Assembly (NCBI GenBank): GCA_015228815.1 | Contig: JADGCV010000006.1 | Coordinates: forward strand, 74,495 to 138,494 | Reading direction: 5' to 3' | From: Magnetococcales bacterium | Lineage (GTDB): Bacteria > Pseudomonadota > Magnetococcia > Magnetococcales > UBA8363 | Length of the DNA stretch: 64,000 nucleotides | In this document: one piece after another, positions 55,264-64,000 of the stretch | Numbering within the stretch: position 1 is the first letter of the stretch | Layout: every line of letters begins with the position of its first letter | Made by a program: the position numbers and the translations under genes | Notes under the pieces: generated by a model | Seen by the model: only the letters and a program-made list of their open reading frames with translations | Told to the model about the DNA's origin: nothing | The model's database searches: none

Positions 55264-56142
55264 CTACCTTCCTTTGATGTGGCCACGGAATAAAAAAAAC
55301 CGTTGACATGCCACCTTCCAAAGGAACCGTGGCGCGGAAATGACCGTCCGACGCCACAGACGACGGGGATTGCGAATCAGGCGCGGCAACCATTCCAACC
55401 CCAACCGTTGAAAGAACGGGGAGGAACGATGGACCCTCCCGGAAAAAAAGTCAAAAACCGCGCCGATGGGGCCGATGATGGGTACATCGAGACGATGCCG
55501 GTGTTCATGGATCCATTTTTCCTGTTTGGGGGCGGTCAGTCCGACCCAAAGCACATGAGGACGGGCCTCCTTGATGGCCCGAAGGATCCGTTCATTTTCT
55601 TCGTGATCGAATCGGGCCGAAAAGGGGGGGGCGTACCATCCCACCACATGGATTCCAGGAAATTGCTTTTCCATCTCCATCCGGATCCGTTCCAGGGTGT
55701 CCGGGGTCGCGCCGAGGAAAAAACACCGCCCCGTCGGCAACCCCGACAAGGCCCGATTGATGGCCATGAACAGATCGGTCCCCGTCACCCGGTCGCGGAT
55801 GGATCCCCCCAGAAGACGGGAAGCCCATGAAATGCCAACGCCGTCGGGAACGATCAGGTCGGCATCGAGAATGGCCCGACGAAATCCGGCATCGCCCTCG
55901 GCCACCATGAGCGAATGCGGATTGGCACAGACAAAATAGTGTGATTTCGCCAAATCCTCCGACCAGGAAAGAATCTGTTCAAGGCAGGCGTCAAGCGGCA
56001 TCCGGGTCACGGGAAACCCGAGAATCGATTCGGTCTGCACCACGGGATCGTGCCGCGTCGATGGCGAATGGCGGGCAACGGTGGCCGGGTCCCCGGGTCC
56101 GGAGGTCATGTCGCAATCCTTTTCTTCCATCCGATCCGCCAT
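55264..56142 (-). CDS. WecB/TagA/CpsF-family glycosyltransferase
   Basis: ILGFPV...FVCANPHSLMVA...ADLIVPDGVGISWASRLLG...LWVGLTAPKQEKW...GAVFDFFSG are family motifs. The start is uncertain (56142, 56130 or 56109); the ORF-track 56307 overlaps the upstream gene. Confidence 0.8.
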   Translation of the reverse strand: MADRMEEKDCDMTSGPGDPATVARHSPSTRHDPVVQTESILGFPVTRMPLDACLEQILSWSEDLAKSHYFVCANPHSLMVAEGDAGFRRAILDADLIVPDGVGISWASRLLGGSIRDRVTGTDLFMAINRALSGLPTGRCFFLGATPDTLERIRMEMEKQFPGIHVVGWYAPPFSARFDHEENERILRAIKEARPHVLWVGLTAPKQEKWIHEHRHRLDVPIIGPIGAVFDFFSGRVHRSSPFFQRLGLEWLPRLIRNPRRLWRRTVISAPRFLWKVACQRFFLFRGHIKGR

Positions 56143-56182
56143 CCTCCCGAGACCCCTTGCCTTGGTTTCAGGAATGGAATGT

Positions 56183-57040
56183 CTATTTTCGATAACAGGT
56201 ACGCCCTTCACGGGCCAGTTGTTCCAGGGTTTCAAGGACCTCCCCGCACCCCAGGAGAATGGCCTGGAGGCGATGCAAGGCACCCGTCCTGTAGTACCCC
56301 CGGTCAATCAGATCGGGCACGATCAGACGCAAATCCCGGCGGCGAGACAGGTCGGGATCGAACAGATGGGTTGTCGTGAAGCACCGATTTCCCTGGGCAT
56401 CGCGGCTTTCAAGAGTCCATGTTTCCCTGGTGAACGGGTCGAAGGGAAGCAATGGGCGAATGATTTCCTCGACGGCATGAAAGAAAGTCAAAGCCCGAAT
56501 ATCGACCCCAAGCAGAAGGTTTTGCCCCTTGAACGCCAACATTCGAGCATATGGAGAACCTTGGCCGCAGGGGGTGAGACAGCGTTGATGATCCTGGATC
56601 AACGCCTGGGCATGGCGCCCCCAGGCGGCGACAGGATGGGTCGGATGAAGGCTGCGGACGACCCCTGGGCTTCTGCGAAACAGTTCGGTCACCAGTCCCA
56701 TTTGACTCGGGGTACGCCGGACATCGAACAACGTTCCCCCCTCGGCCCAATCGCGGGCGAGGCCAGTGAAGGGAAGCGTCGGCATCAACAGGGTTCCCTC
56801 TTCACCCACCACCCGCTGCAACAGGCCGATCAGCTCCCTTGGAGTCCCGGAGAATCCTGCAAACCCGTCCCAGGAACAATGGACCATCACCACCTGTCCC
56901 GGTCCCAATCCCAGGCGGACCAGGAAATCGTGAAGTTCCAGGGCGTCAAATCCCTGAAAACGACGGATGGCCCCCAACCGTGCCCGCCGAAGACGCGACG
57001 TGACAAAACGTCCCCATCGAAGAAGCAGGGGATGGTTCAT
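56183..57040 (-). CDS. AAC(3)-family (aminoglycoside 3-N-acetyltransferase fold) acetyltransferase, probably acting on a sugar
   Basis: VMVHCSWDGFAGFSGTP...LLMPT...LVTELFRRSPGVVRSLHPTHPVAAWG...CGQGSPYARM...LLLGVDIRALTFFHAVEE matches my recollection of the Antibiotic_NAT family. Confidence 0.75.
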   Translation of the reverse strand: MNHPLLLRWGRFVTSRLRRARLGAIRRFQGFDALELHDFLVRLGLGPGQVVMVHCSWDGFAGFSGTPRELIGLLQRVVGEEGTLLMPTLPFTGLARDWAEGGTLFDVRRTPSQMGLVTELFRRSPGVVRSLHPTHPVAAWGRHAQALIQDHQRCLTPCGQGSPYARMLAFKGQNLLLGVDIRALTFFHAVEEIIRPLLPFDPFTRETWTLESRDAQGNRCFTTTHLFDPDLSRRRDLRLIVPDLIDRGYYRTGALHRLQAILLGCGEVLETLEQLAREGRTCYRK

Positions 57041-57276
57041 AAAGCTTTACCTCCCGGAATGGATATTGACACCTGTCGGTTCCCAAAGCCCGCCGCGGTC
57101 GGAAGCCATCAGGGTCCGTTCTTTGGCGATTGCGGAATCCGGGAGGAGTATGATAATAATGCAACCCAGAAATAAAGACATCCGCTCCCCTTCAACCCAA
57201 TGGCCCGGAAATCGGCAAGTCCCGATCAAGGGGCGTTCCGACAATCGCGTGTTTTCAACCCGGATCGGCAATCATC

Positions 57277-57903
57277 ATGGAAACAGAACTGATCAGTCAA
57301 CTGACCGCCTTTGTCCAGGTCGTTTTTATCGATCTTGTCCTTGCGGGCGACAACGCGATCGTCGTAGGAATGGCTGCGGCTTCGGTTCCTGCGCATCAAC
57401 GAAAACAGGTGATCATTCTTGGAACCGTGGCGGCGGTTATTCTGCGTATTCTTTTTGCCCTGGTGACGACGCAACTGTTGCAGATCATCGGTCTGACCCT
57501 GGCCGGCGGACTTTTATTGATGTTCGTGGCATGGCAAATGTTCAAGGATATCCGCTCGCACAGGCACAAGAAGAGCGAAGAGGAGTTGGCACGGGAAGCC
57601 ATGTCAAAGGGTGAGAAGAAATCGGTGGCGGGAGCGGTGTGGCAAGTGGCCATGGCCGACCTGTCGATGTCCCTGGACAACGTTCTGGCGGTCGCCGGAG
57701 CGGCCAAGGATCATCCGGGAATTTTGATTGCGGGACTGGTCATTGCCATCATCATGATGGCCTTTGCCGCCAACTACATTGCCCGCATGATTCAACAGCG
57801 TCCCTGGATCGCCTGGGTGGGGCTTGCGATCATCACGTATGTTGCCCTCGACATGATCTGGCGCGGCTATTTCCAGATCACGACCGTGACTGGCGCCGTC
57901 TGA
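57277..57903 (+). CDS. TerC-family integral membrane protein (YjbE-like)
   Basis: VVFIDLVLAGDNAIVVGMAA and a second LSMSLDNVLAVAGAA repeat are present, in a polytopic membrane protein. Confidence 0.85.
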   Translation: METELISQLTAFVQVVFIDLVLAGDNAIVVGMAAASVPAHQRKQVIILGTVAAVILRILFALVTTQLLQIIGLTLAGGLLLMFVAWQMFKDIRSHRHKKSEEELAREAMSKGEKKSVAGAVWQVAMADLSMSLDNVLAVAGAAKDHPGILIAGLVIAIIMMAFAANYIARMIQQRPWIAWVGLAIITYVALDMIWRGYFQITTVTGAV

Positions 57904-57983
57904 TTCCTTAGCGTGGCCCGCGGTCCGGCCCGAGGGCATGGACCGTTAAAGGAATAACTTTCAACGGACAAGGAGTTTCCACC

Positions 57984-58712
57984 ATGAAACAAGGAAAAGT
58001 GTTGTCGCTATTGGGGATGGGCGCGTTGGCCATGGCGCTGTCCTCCTGTGCCCCCCCTGTCGCCCAGGAGGGCTGGATGCATCAGGGATTTCGTCAATGG
58101 CATCCGCAGGCGGGCAAGGCCCAGATCGCCGCGACCGGCACCCAGTGTTATTTTTGCGCGCCGACCGCGACGGTCGAGGCCGCAAAGGCCGATGGCGACA
58201 GCGACGATGACCGTGTGCGGGACAGCCAGGATCAATGCCCTGGAACTCCGAAGGGGATCACCGTGGATGCGCGCGGATGCCCCTTGAATGTCGATGGCGA
58301 CAATGACGGCGTTCAGGATCACCTGGACAAATGCCTGAAAACCCCGACGGGGGCAAAGGTGGACACCGATGGATGCTGGCAACCGGGTCCCATCCAGTTT
58401 GGCACGGGCAGCACGAAAATCGATCTTGACGCCCGGAAGGTTCTCAAGGAACTCATCATCGTCCTGAAGAACAATCCCCACGTCACCCTGGGCATTCATG
58501 GTCACGCCGACAATCGCGGCAAGGACAAGGCCAACAAGAAGTTGGCGGAAAGCCGGGCCAAGGTGATTCAACAGTATTTGATCAAGAATGGCATCGCCAA
58601 AGACCGCCTCTCCGTGGCCACCTTCGGCGAACAACAACCGATCGCCGACAACAAGTCGAAACAAGGACGGGCGAAAAACCGCCGGGTCGAATTTGTCGCC
58701 CAACCACATTGA
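57984..58712 (+). CDS. OmpA-family lipoprotein with thrombospondin type 3 (calcium-binding) repeats
   Basis: AAGGAG RBS. A lipobox is present (ALSSC). DSDDDRVRDSQDQCPGTPKG and DGDNDGVQDHLDKCLKTPTG are TSP3 repeats. The OmpA C-domain reads GHADNRG...NKKLAESRA...NRRVEF. Confidence 0.85.
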   Translation: MKQGKVLSLLGMGALAMALSSCAPPVAQEGWMHQGFRQWHPQAGKAQIAATGTQCYFCAPTATVEAAKADGDSDDDRVRDSQDQCPGTPKGITVDARGCPLNVDGDNDGVQDHLDKCLKTPTGAKVDTDGCWQPGPIQFGTGSTKIDLDARKVLKELIIVLKNNPHVTLGIHGHADNRGKDKANKKLAESRAKVIQQYLIKNGIAKDRLSVATFGEQQPIADNKSKQGRAKNRRVEFVAQPH

Positions 58713-58896
58713 TCTGCCCGGTTCATCGAACCCGGGGGTGCCCGATCGCGGCGCCCCCGGGGGCAGTATGCCGTCTTATGACATCGAGGAAGGCGCGATA
58801 GGGACTTGGCCATCGAAGAACGTCAGGCGAATGTACGATGCCCTGAGCAAACGCACGGATGCATGATGGTTGTGGATCGCAAATTGAATAGAGATG

Positions 58897-58951
58897 GTAA
58901 CTGCCCAAGTACCTTACAGGTTTAATTATTGAAAGAAAAAAGGGGTCTGGG
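58897..58951 (-). repeat. Dispersed repeat copy B (inverted relative to copy A at 45584-45643)
   Basis: gtaactgcccaAgta (58897-58911) and attattgaaagaaaaaaggggtctggg (58925-58951) are present. The gap is 13 nt here versus 18 nt in copy A. This copy abuts the five-hairpin element. Confidence 0.85.
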
Positions 58952-58965
58952 GGATTGCCCCCAGG

Positions 58966-59262
58966 GTTTTGATTTTGTTTTTGACTTTGTTTTTTACGCG
59001 CCATTTCACCCGAAGCGGTTTCTCGCGTGGTTTTTGCGAGAAACCGCGCAGGCGCGTGCCTTGGTTTGCCCTTCTTCGCGGTTTTTGCGAAGAAGGGCAA
59101 ACGCATTGCAGGATGGAAACTTGCAATGTGTCCTGGTCTTTTCGCAAAAACCGCGAAAAGACCAGGACCAGAGCGCGCGCCTGAGCGAATTTCCGCAAAA
59201 ATCACGCGGAAATTCGCTTCGGGTGAAATGGCGCATGGAAAAACAAAATCAAAATCAGCGGC
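58966..59262. repeat. ~300 bp composite palindromic element: T/A-rich terminal inverted repeats, a 20-bp closing stem and five perfect internal hairpins (REP/BIME- or MITE-like)
   Basis: - Closing stem: 58998-59017 pairs with 59215-59234 (20/20)
- H1: 59015-26/59036-47, 12 bp, loop gtggttttt
- H2: 59065-79/59087-101, 15 bp, loop ggttttt
- H3: 59104-10/59122-28
- H4: 59131-45/59153-67, 15 bp, loop aaaaacc
- H5: 59185-96/59206-17, 12 bp, loop aaaaatcac. Confidence 0.85.
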
Positions 59263-59277
59263 GCCCCCTTTTTTCGT

Positions 59278-60381
59278 TCATGCTCCAAAGGACTCAAGGG
59301 CCTGACGGGTACGTTGAATCTGCTGAAGTATGATCCGTTCGATTCCCTGGGGACTGGTCTGCTTGCCCAGACTGAATCGCAACCATTGGGAGCGGCACAA
59401 CGAAAAGTTTATCCCACCATTGGCGAATATCCCATGAATCCTCGGGTGTCGCTCCAGCCATTCCCCGACCGCCGGAGCGACATCCACCGAGCGACCGACC
59501 GGATAGGCCAGAAAATCGATCAGAGAGATTCCTTTTTCTTTCCAATAGCATTCGTTGTCCTCGATGGCCCGAACCGCCTCCGTGGCCGTCTGGCGCCCGA
59601 GGAGGCGGTGGCCGGTGGTATGGTTGCCGATCTCCCAGCCCCCCCGCTCAAGCTCCGCCACCGCCGCACAATCCAGATGGATGCGCAACGCGGCAGGATC
59701 CCCCAGGCACTCGTGAAACACGGCTGTCGTCGCCTCTTCGACCACATCGGCCACATAGTTGTCCTTGATCCGGGCAAACAATTCTTCCCCCGTTTCCGGC
59801 CAGCGAACTTCCGGGGCCATGGAACCAAGAACCGCCGCCAATCGTGACGCATGCCCCCGCGCCACCAGCAGCGCCGCCAACACCCGAAAAAAACTTTGCC
59901 TCCCTCCGGCAAACTCGGAACAAACAAATACCGTCGGTTTCAATCCCAGCGACCGGATGACCGGATGGGCATGGGTCAGATTGTTGGTGAAACCATCGTC
60001 GAACGTCACGGCAAAACAAGGCCGATCGGGTCCGCCCCGCTCCCAAAGTCCGGGCAATTCACCAAGCGCCACAGGGGTCATGCGGGTCATCATGAACTCC
60101 AGTTGCGCCCGAAATTCAGCCACGGTCGTTTCCCCCTTTCGATAACACGCTTCCCAGGGTTGTCGATGGTCGGGATCGACGATACTGTGGTAGATCAGAA
60201 TGTAGATGCCGTTGGGAAACACGGAGGTCTTCGCCAGGCCCTTTCCCCCCGGAATCAGTCTTCGAAAAAGACGGGACATGGGCGTCGCGGTCGTTGCCGG
60301 TTGGACAACGGTGGACCGCTCGATCGCTTTCTGAAGCGCCGGCCATTCACCCCCTGGTCCCGGGAGCGCGGGTGACATCAT
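59278..60381 (-). CDS. Polysaccharide deacetylase (NodB-homology/CE4-like) family protein
   Basis: ILIYHSI...FAVTFDDGFTNNLTHAHPVIRSLGLKPTVFV...IGNHTTGH are family motifs. The preferred start MMSPALPG at 60381 forms an ATGA overlap with the upstream gene's stop. An alternative ATG lies at 60279. Confidence 0.8.
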   Translation of the reverse strand: MMSPALPGPGGEWPALQKAIERSTVVQPATTATPMSRLFRRLIPGGKGLAKTSVFPNGIYILIYHSIVDPDHRQPWEACYRKGETTVAEFRAQLEFMMTRMTPVALGELPGLWERGGPDRPCFAVTFDDGFTNNLTHAHPVIRSLGLKPTVFVCSEFAGGRQSFFRVLAALLVARGHASRLAAVLGSMAPEVRWPETGEELFARIKDNYVADVVEEATTAVFHECLGDPAALRIHLDCAAVAELERGGWEIGNHTTGHRLLGRQTATEAVRAIEDNECYWKEKGISLIDFLAYPVGRSVDVAPAVGEWLERHPRIHGIFANGGINFSLCRSQWLRFSLGKQTSPQGIERIILQQIQRTRQALESFGA

Positions 60382-61421
60382 CCGAGGCCCCCCTGGCCCG
60401 TCAGGGTGGTCCAGATCCAGGGGACCCGCCGCAACCATCGGCGACGCGCCAGAACCTGGTCCCGCTCGGCCCGTAAATGACAAAACAGATCATGATACCC
60501 ACGACACATTCGTTCGGCGGTATGGGGAAATCCAGCCATCCGGGCAGTCCATTGGGGAAAGGTGGCGAGCATTTCCTCCAATTTTTCTTCCAGGGTTTCG
60601 GGTGAATATTCAATGCCAAACCCTTGGCAATATTCAGGCATGGAACCGCTGTTCAGATAGAGGAGCGGCAATCCGGTCAGGCCCGCCTCCAGGTTGTGAT
60701 GCCCCCCCGATTCGTGCCTCGATGCGGTGATGTAGGCATCATGGCGGCGCAATTCCTCCGCCAGCGCCTCTCCCGACAGGGGTTCCAGATGCCGTCCCTG
60801 CTCAAAACGAAACCCTTCCGGCACACGTCCGATATAGGTAAACTCGATCCGCGAGGCCCAGCGGGGATCGGCCAGCAAACGATCCAGGCGCTGATAGACA
60901 TCAAACCCCTTGTTCCAGTGGTTGCTCCAATGATGGGTCACCAGCCTGAGCCGCGCCCCCCGGATCCGGGATGCCCCCGGATGCCACAACCGTTGATCGC
61001 TGCCATTGAGGAGAATGCTCGACGGGCGCGCTGGATCGAATCCCGCCGCGACATAACGATCCCGGACCCACGCGCTGACAAAGACGGTATGATCGGCGAT
61101 CCGGTTGGCATGGATGCGAAACCGGTTGAATTTTTTTTCGGCGTCGTCCCTGGCCTCACTGGTGTTGTTGATCCGATGCACCACGATGGCTTTGGAGTTT
61201 TTCAAGAGCAGGTAGCGCAGGATGGCCTTGTGGTCGTAGGCGGAAATGCGCAGACGGGCATCGGGTTCGACCAGGAGTATGATGTCAAGATCGCGGTCCC
61301 CGAGGTCATGAACGACCGCTTCACCCCGATCCTTCAGATAACGGCTCAGGGAATGGCCGAATTGGTTCCCGCCACCCCAGGCCCCCGATTGAAGGTTCAT
61401 GCCAAGACTGATCTTCATCAT
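60378..61421 (-). CDS. Putative GT-B fold glycosyltransferase
   Basis: MMKISLGMNLQSGAWGGGNQFGHSL forms the N-terminal half. The C-terminal ITASRHESGGHHNLEAGLTGLPLLYLNSGSMPEY resembles a GT4 EX7E region. The ORF-track start is 61439. Confidence 0.65.
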   Translation of the reverse strand: MMKISLGMNLQSGAWGGGNQFGHSLSRYLKDRGEAVVHDLGDRDLDIILLVEPDARLRISAYDHKAILRYLLLKNSKAIVVHRINNTSEARDDAEKKFNRFRIHANRIADHTVFVSAWVRDRYVAAGFDPARPSSILLNGSDQRLWHPGASRIRGARLRLVTHHWSNHWNKGFDVYQRLDRLLADPRWASRIEFTYIGRVPEGFRFEQGRHLEPLSGEALAEELRRHDAYITASRHESGGHHNLEAGLTGLPLLYLNSGSMPEYCQGFGIEYSPETLEEKLEEMLATFPQWTARMAGFPHTAERMCRGYHDLFCHLRAERDQVLARRRWLRRVPWIWTTLTGQGGLG

Positions 61422-61466
61422 CGCATTGTCCCATGACATCGTTTTTCAGTAAGGTGCGCTTTGGCC

Positions 61467-62417
61467 CTACAACCAGTCCAGGTTGACCCGATCACCCGGA
61501 TCCGGCAAGTCCTCGACGGCGGTGATGGGTCGAAACGCAGTCCCCTGGCGCAAGCTGGCAAACCAGGCGGGAGCGCGATGTCCATGAATGGTGGTGATCC
61601 CCAATCCGGGAGCGGTGCGTTGCATGACCGGCAGCGGTTGAATGGCCAGACTGGGAGATCCCAATACATTGGCGGCAAAATGGGAAAAGGTGGACATGGG
61701 GGTAGTGATGATCACCGGACAACACGCCAACCCAAACAGATCAAGGACAGGATTGGTTGCGGCGGCATGTCCGCCGTGGGCATTGTAGCTTCCATCCGCC
61801 AGTGACGGCAGGACGGCGAAGCGTTCCCGCAATCGTCCCTCTTCCCCAGGCTCCAGGTTGTTGTGCGACAAAAGAAAAACCACATGGCCAAATCGAGAAC
61901 GCACCTGCTCCATGGCGTGAATGTACCACCACAAAGGAACCCGGGGATGCCGGGTGGCATGGATGTCATAGCCATCCCCCTCTTCCCCATGAAAGTCGCC
62001 CCGGCGAATGTGGACCCCGACAAGCATGGCCCCATCGGAACGGCCCAGGTGACGGCGCAGTTGTTCGCGACCCGCGGCATTCAGGCGCAGCCGTGCCATC
62101 GTCGGCAGGTACACCCGGTCCAACACCCCCTGGTCCCCCCCCGTCGTCCCCCTCTGGATCAATACCCGATGGCGTCCCAGACGGTGAAAGGTCGTCCCAT
62201 CGGGATCGCGCACCTTGCGGCCAAACAGTTTATCCATCGGTGTATAGCGCCATCGGCGGGCCCCCGCCACCTCCAATCCTTCGATGTCGGGCCAATCGAG
62301 GCAAACCTGATGGCCAAACAGTTCATGGAAGGCAAAACAAAGCGCCAAACCCTCCAATCGATTGCACAGGCCGGTGTATTGGGTGCTGATGATTCGTTTA
62401 AACCACATGGAATCCAT
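61467..62417 (-). CDS. Putative fucosyltransferase-superfamily glycosyltransferase (HxRRGD motif)
   Basis: TGLCNRLEGL lies near the N-terminus. VGVHIRRGDF matches the motif I recall for the GT11/GT23/O-FucT superfamily. Assignment rests on motifs only. Confidence 0.5.
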   Translation of the reverse strand: MDSMWFKRIISTQYTGLCNRLEGLALCFAFHELFGHQVCLDWPDIEGLEVAGARRWRYTPMDKLFGRKVRDPDGTTFHRLGRHRVLIQRGTTGGDQGVLDRVYLPTMARLRLNAAGREQLRRHLGRSDGAMLVGVHIRRGDFHGEEGDGYDIHATRHPRVPLWWYIHAMEQVRSRFGHVVFLLSHNNLEPGEEGRLRERFAVLPSLADGSYNAHGGHAAATNPVLDLFGLACCPVIITTPMSTFSHFAANVLGSPSLAIQPLPVMQRTAPGLGITTIHGHRAPAWFASLRQGTAFRPITAVEDLPDPGDRVNLDWL

Positions 62418-62495
62418 CCATCCCCGGTCCCCGTCTCATTCTGAAACCCGCCCCATTTCCGGTCATGACCGTCATTCCATTCCGTGCGTGGCTGT

Positions 62496-63800
62496 TCACC
62501 GTTCTTGCTTTTCCCGGAGGATCCGGACAAGTTCATCCCCAACCTGATCGATCCCCCGAGGCGACCAGTGACCATCGACGTTCAGGTAGGTCCCCCGTAC
62601 CCCATCGAGCGTCGTGGTCAGATCATGAACCGGAACACCATCGCCACGCAACCGTTCCATGAATACCCGCAATGCCTGACGCCGGTTGCTGCCATACTCC
62701 TGGGGATTGCCAAAAATCGACCATGTCTCGCCATATCTGGGATCGACATGGAATCCCATGGGGACCAGAACCACCGAAAAGGGGATGCCATGATCGGCAC
62801 ACACCTGTTTCATGGCGCGCATCCGGGGATATATTCCCATGATCAGTTCCTCGGGCAAGGTTTTTTCCTCCCGGTAGGCTTCCCCCACCGCCCAATGGAA
62901 CAGGGGTTCGAACATGTAACTGCGAAACAAACCGCCATCGGGAGTTTTCAAGGCAGAAAAAAGATATTCGCTCTCGGGACGGGCCAACACAAGACGCAAC
63001 CGTTCCCTCCGGTCGCCCTCGAACCCGGAAAGATCAAGCAGAAAACGGCGCACCCCGGCATCGTCCAGGGTACGCAGACGATGCATCATCGCCTGTTCCC
63101 GCTCATGCAGGTTTTCCCGCGAACCGGGTTGCCATACCCGCAGAACATTGCGATGCCGGTTGGTCACCAGATGATTCAGGGCCAGAAGCCCCATCTCCGA
63201 GGCAATGGAATCCTTGGGATAGGTCGAAAAAATGGCGAGCCGGGTGGATAGTTTGTCGGGAGAAAAATCGTTACCGACATAGAAGAACAGAAAAATTTCA
63301 TCCGCCCCCAGGGGGATGACAATGTTTTTGATGCGGTAGAAATAATCGCTGGTTCCGGTTGCCGACACCCCGAAATTGACCACTTCCCAATCCTGGCGCG
63401 CCAGTTTTTTCTCGACCGCCAGGGGAAGGGGAATGGCGGCGGATTCCTCAAGAAAAGAATCGCCGACAAAAGCGATGCGCCGCACTCCGGAAAGCGGTTT
63501 CACGGTCCGTTCCCGGTCCCGCTGTCCCCACGAATTGAACCCCTGCCCCGCCTCGAGGTCGAGGACCCGTCCCCAACCCTGACGTCCCAGACCGGGATCG
63601 ACCCCATGCAGACCCAGAACCGGCCACGAGGGGACCCACCATCCCGCCACAAAATTGGCAAGATACAGAGAAACGACAACCGCGACCACCCAAAGAAAAA
63701 AGATCACCGCAAAACGAAACAGAGGCATCTTCCAAAGAAAATGCTCGGCACCAGGGTCCGCAACAATAATTTTATTTTTTGCCAACGAATGACGCTTCAT
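62496..63800 (-). CDS. SGNH/GDSL-type hydrolase or polysaccharide O-acetyltransferase (AlgJ/AlgX-like), membrane anchored
   Basis: An N-terminal TM helix is present. Block I is FVGDSF, block III is YVGNDF, and block V is VDGHWSPRG (DxxH with Trp, as in AlgJ/X-type proteins). Confidence 0.7.
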   Translation of the reverse strand: MKRHSLAKNKIIVADPGAEHFLWKMPLFRFAVIFFLWVVAVVVSLYLANFVAGWWVPSWPVLGLHGVDPGLGRQGWGRVLDLEAGQGFNSWGQRDRERTVKPLSGVRRIAFVGDSFLEESAAIPLPLAVEKKLARQDWEVVNFGVSATGTSDYFYRIKNIVIPLGADEIFLFFYVGNDFSPDKLSTRLAIFSTYPKDSIASEMGLLALNHLVTNRHRNVLRVWQPGSRENLHEREQAMMHRLRTLDDAGVRRFLLDLSGFEGDRRERLRLVLARPESEYLFSALKTPDGGLFRSYMFEPLFHWAVGEAYREEKTLPEELIMGIYPRMRAMKQVCADHGIPFSVVLVPMGFHVDPRYGETWSIFGNPQEYGSNRRQALRVFMERLRGDGVPVHDLTTTLDGVRGTYLNVDGHWSPRGIDQVGDELVRILREKQER

Positions 63801-63828
63801 TCACTGAACCATGATTATGATTAATAAT

Positions 63829-64000
63829 CTACAACCAATCGATCGATTGATCATAACAAACATCGGGCAGTTGGGCCATGGAGGTCACTTCATGAAACCC
63901 CTGCCCCTGATTCCAGGTATCCATCCAGGTCTGAAAGTCCTGACCAAACGACAGGCTGTACCCCATGCGCGGTTCACTGCGGGAGGTGCGGCGCACAGGG
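63829..64000 (-). CDS. 3' end (57 codons) of an unidentified gene running in from beyond the window
   Basis: An open minus-strand frame reads ...MGYSLSFGQDFQTWMDTWNQGQGFHEVTSMAQLPDVCYDQSIDWL* with its stop at 63829-31. It lies 28 nt upstream of the SGNH gene. No family is recognised. Confidence 0.4.
   Translation of the reverse strand, partial: PVRRTSRSEPRMGYSLSFGQDFQTWMDTWNQGQGFHEVTSMAQLPDVCYDQSIDWL

Noticed and set aside
57041-57276. yybP-ykoY (Mn2+) riboswitch upstream of the TerC-family gene
   Set aside because: GGGAGGAGUA and AAGACAUCC loosely resemble the conserved 5' and 3' elements. They are only ~30 nt apart and I could not draw a four-helix architecture. An Infernal scan would settle the question.
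58998-59234. CRISPR array or integron attC array
   Set aside because: The hairpins differ from each other and are not separated by unique spacers or cassettes. The stems are perfect, whereas attC sites have extrahelical bases. No cas or intI gene is nearby.

Overview
This is a 64 kb, GC-rich window from a proteobacterium-like chromosome; I cannot assign the lineage by eye. Most of it is a housekeeping backbone. On the minus strand: asnB-like/GT2/methyltransferase glycan genes, a SPOR protein, coaX, birA, nadC, valS, a giant acidic repeat protein, a PBP5/6-type carboxypeptidase and rlpA. On the plus strand: two ABC exporter genes, aceE-aceF-lpdA, leuA, then (after minus-strand rne) rluC, a HAD hydrolase, leuC-GST-leuD-leuB, asd and two FimV-like genes. 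A surface-glycan/envelope region follows at 50.6-64 kb.

The accessory segment lies at about 25.8-34.9 kb. It holds a PIN-toxin module (25.8-26.8 kb) and a 5.4 kb island (28903-34330). The island is bracketed by direct repeats of the leuA 3' end; the right copy is a decayed leuA remnant.

The island carries two convergent immune-type genes. One is a 1052-aa protein with a class III cyclase-like domain, a NACHT NTPase, a HEAT-like repeat and an FGE-sulfatase/CLec domain. The other is a 490-aa TIR plus FGE-sulfatase protein. Their last ~130 nt form an inverted repeat. By hand count, 19 of 22 mismatches fall on codon positions 1-2, and both copies end in an identical GC-only tail. This pattern matches variable regions of diversity-generating retroelements (DGRs), but I found no reverse transcriptase or template repeat in the window. 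I consider this the most likely undescribed system.

Other notable items:
- a ~300 bp element with five perfect hairpins (58966-59262)
- a dispersed 27+15 nt repeat
- a PopZ-like 692-aa ESLEE-repeat protein next to valS
- a structured candidate leader upstream of leuA
- an Rpn-family nuclease with tandem repeats

All calls rest on reading motifs by eye. No database search was run.
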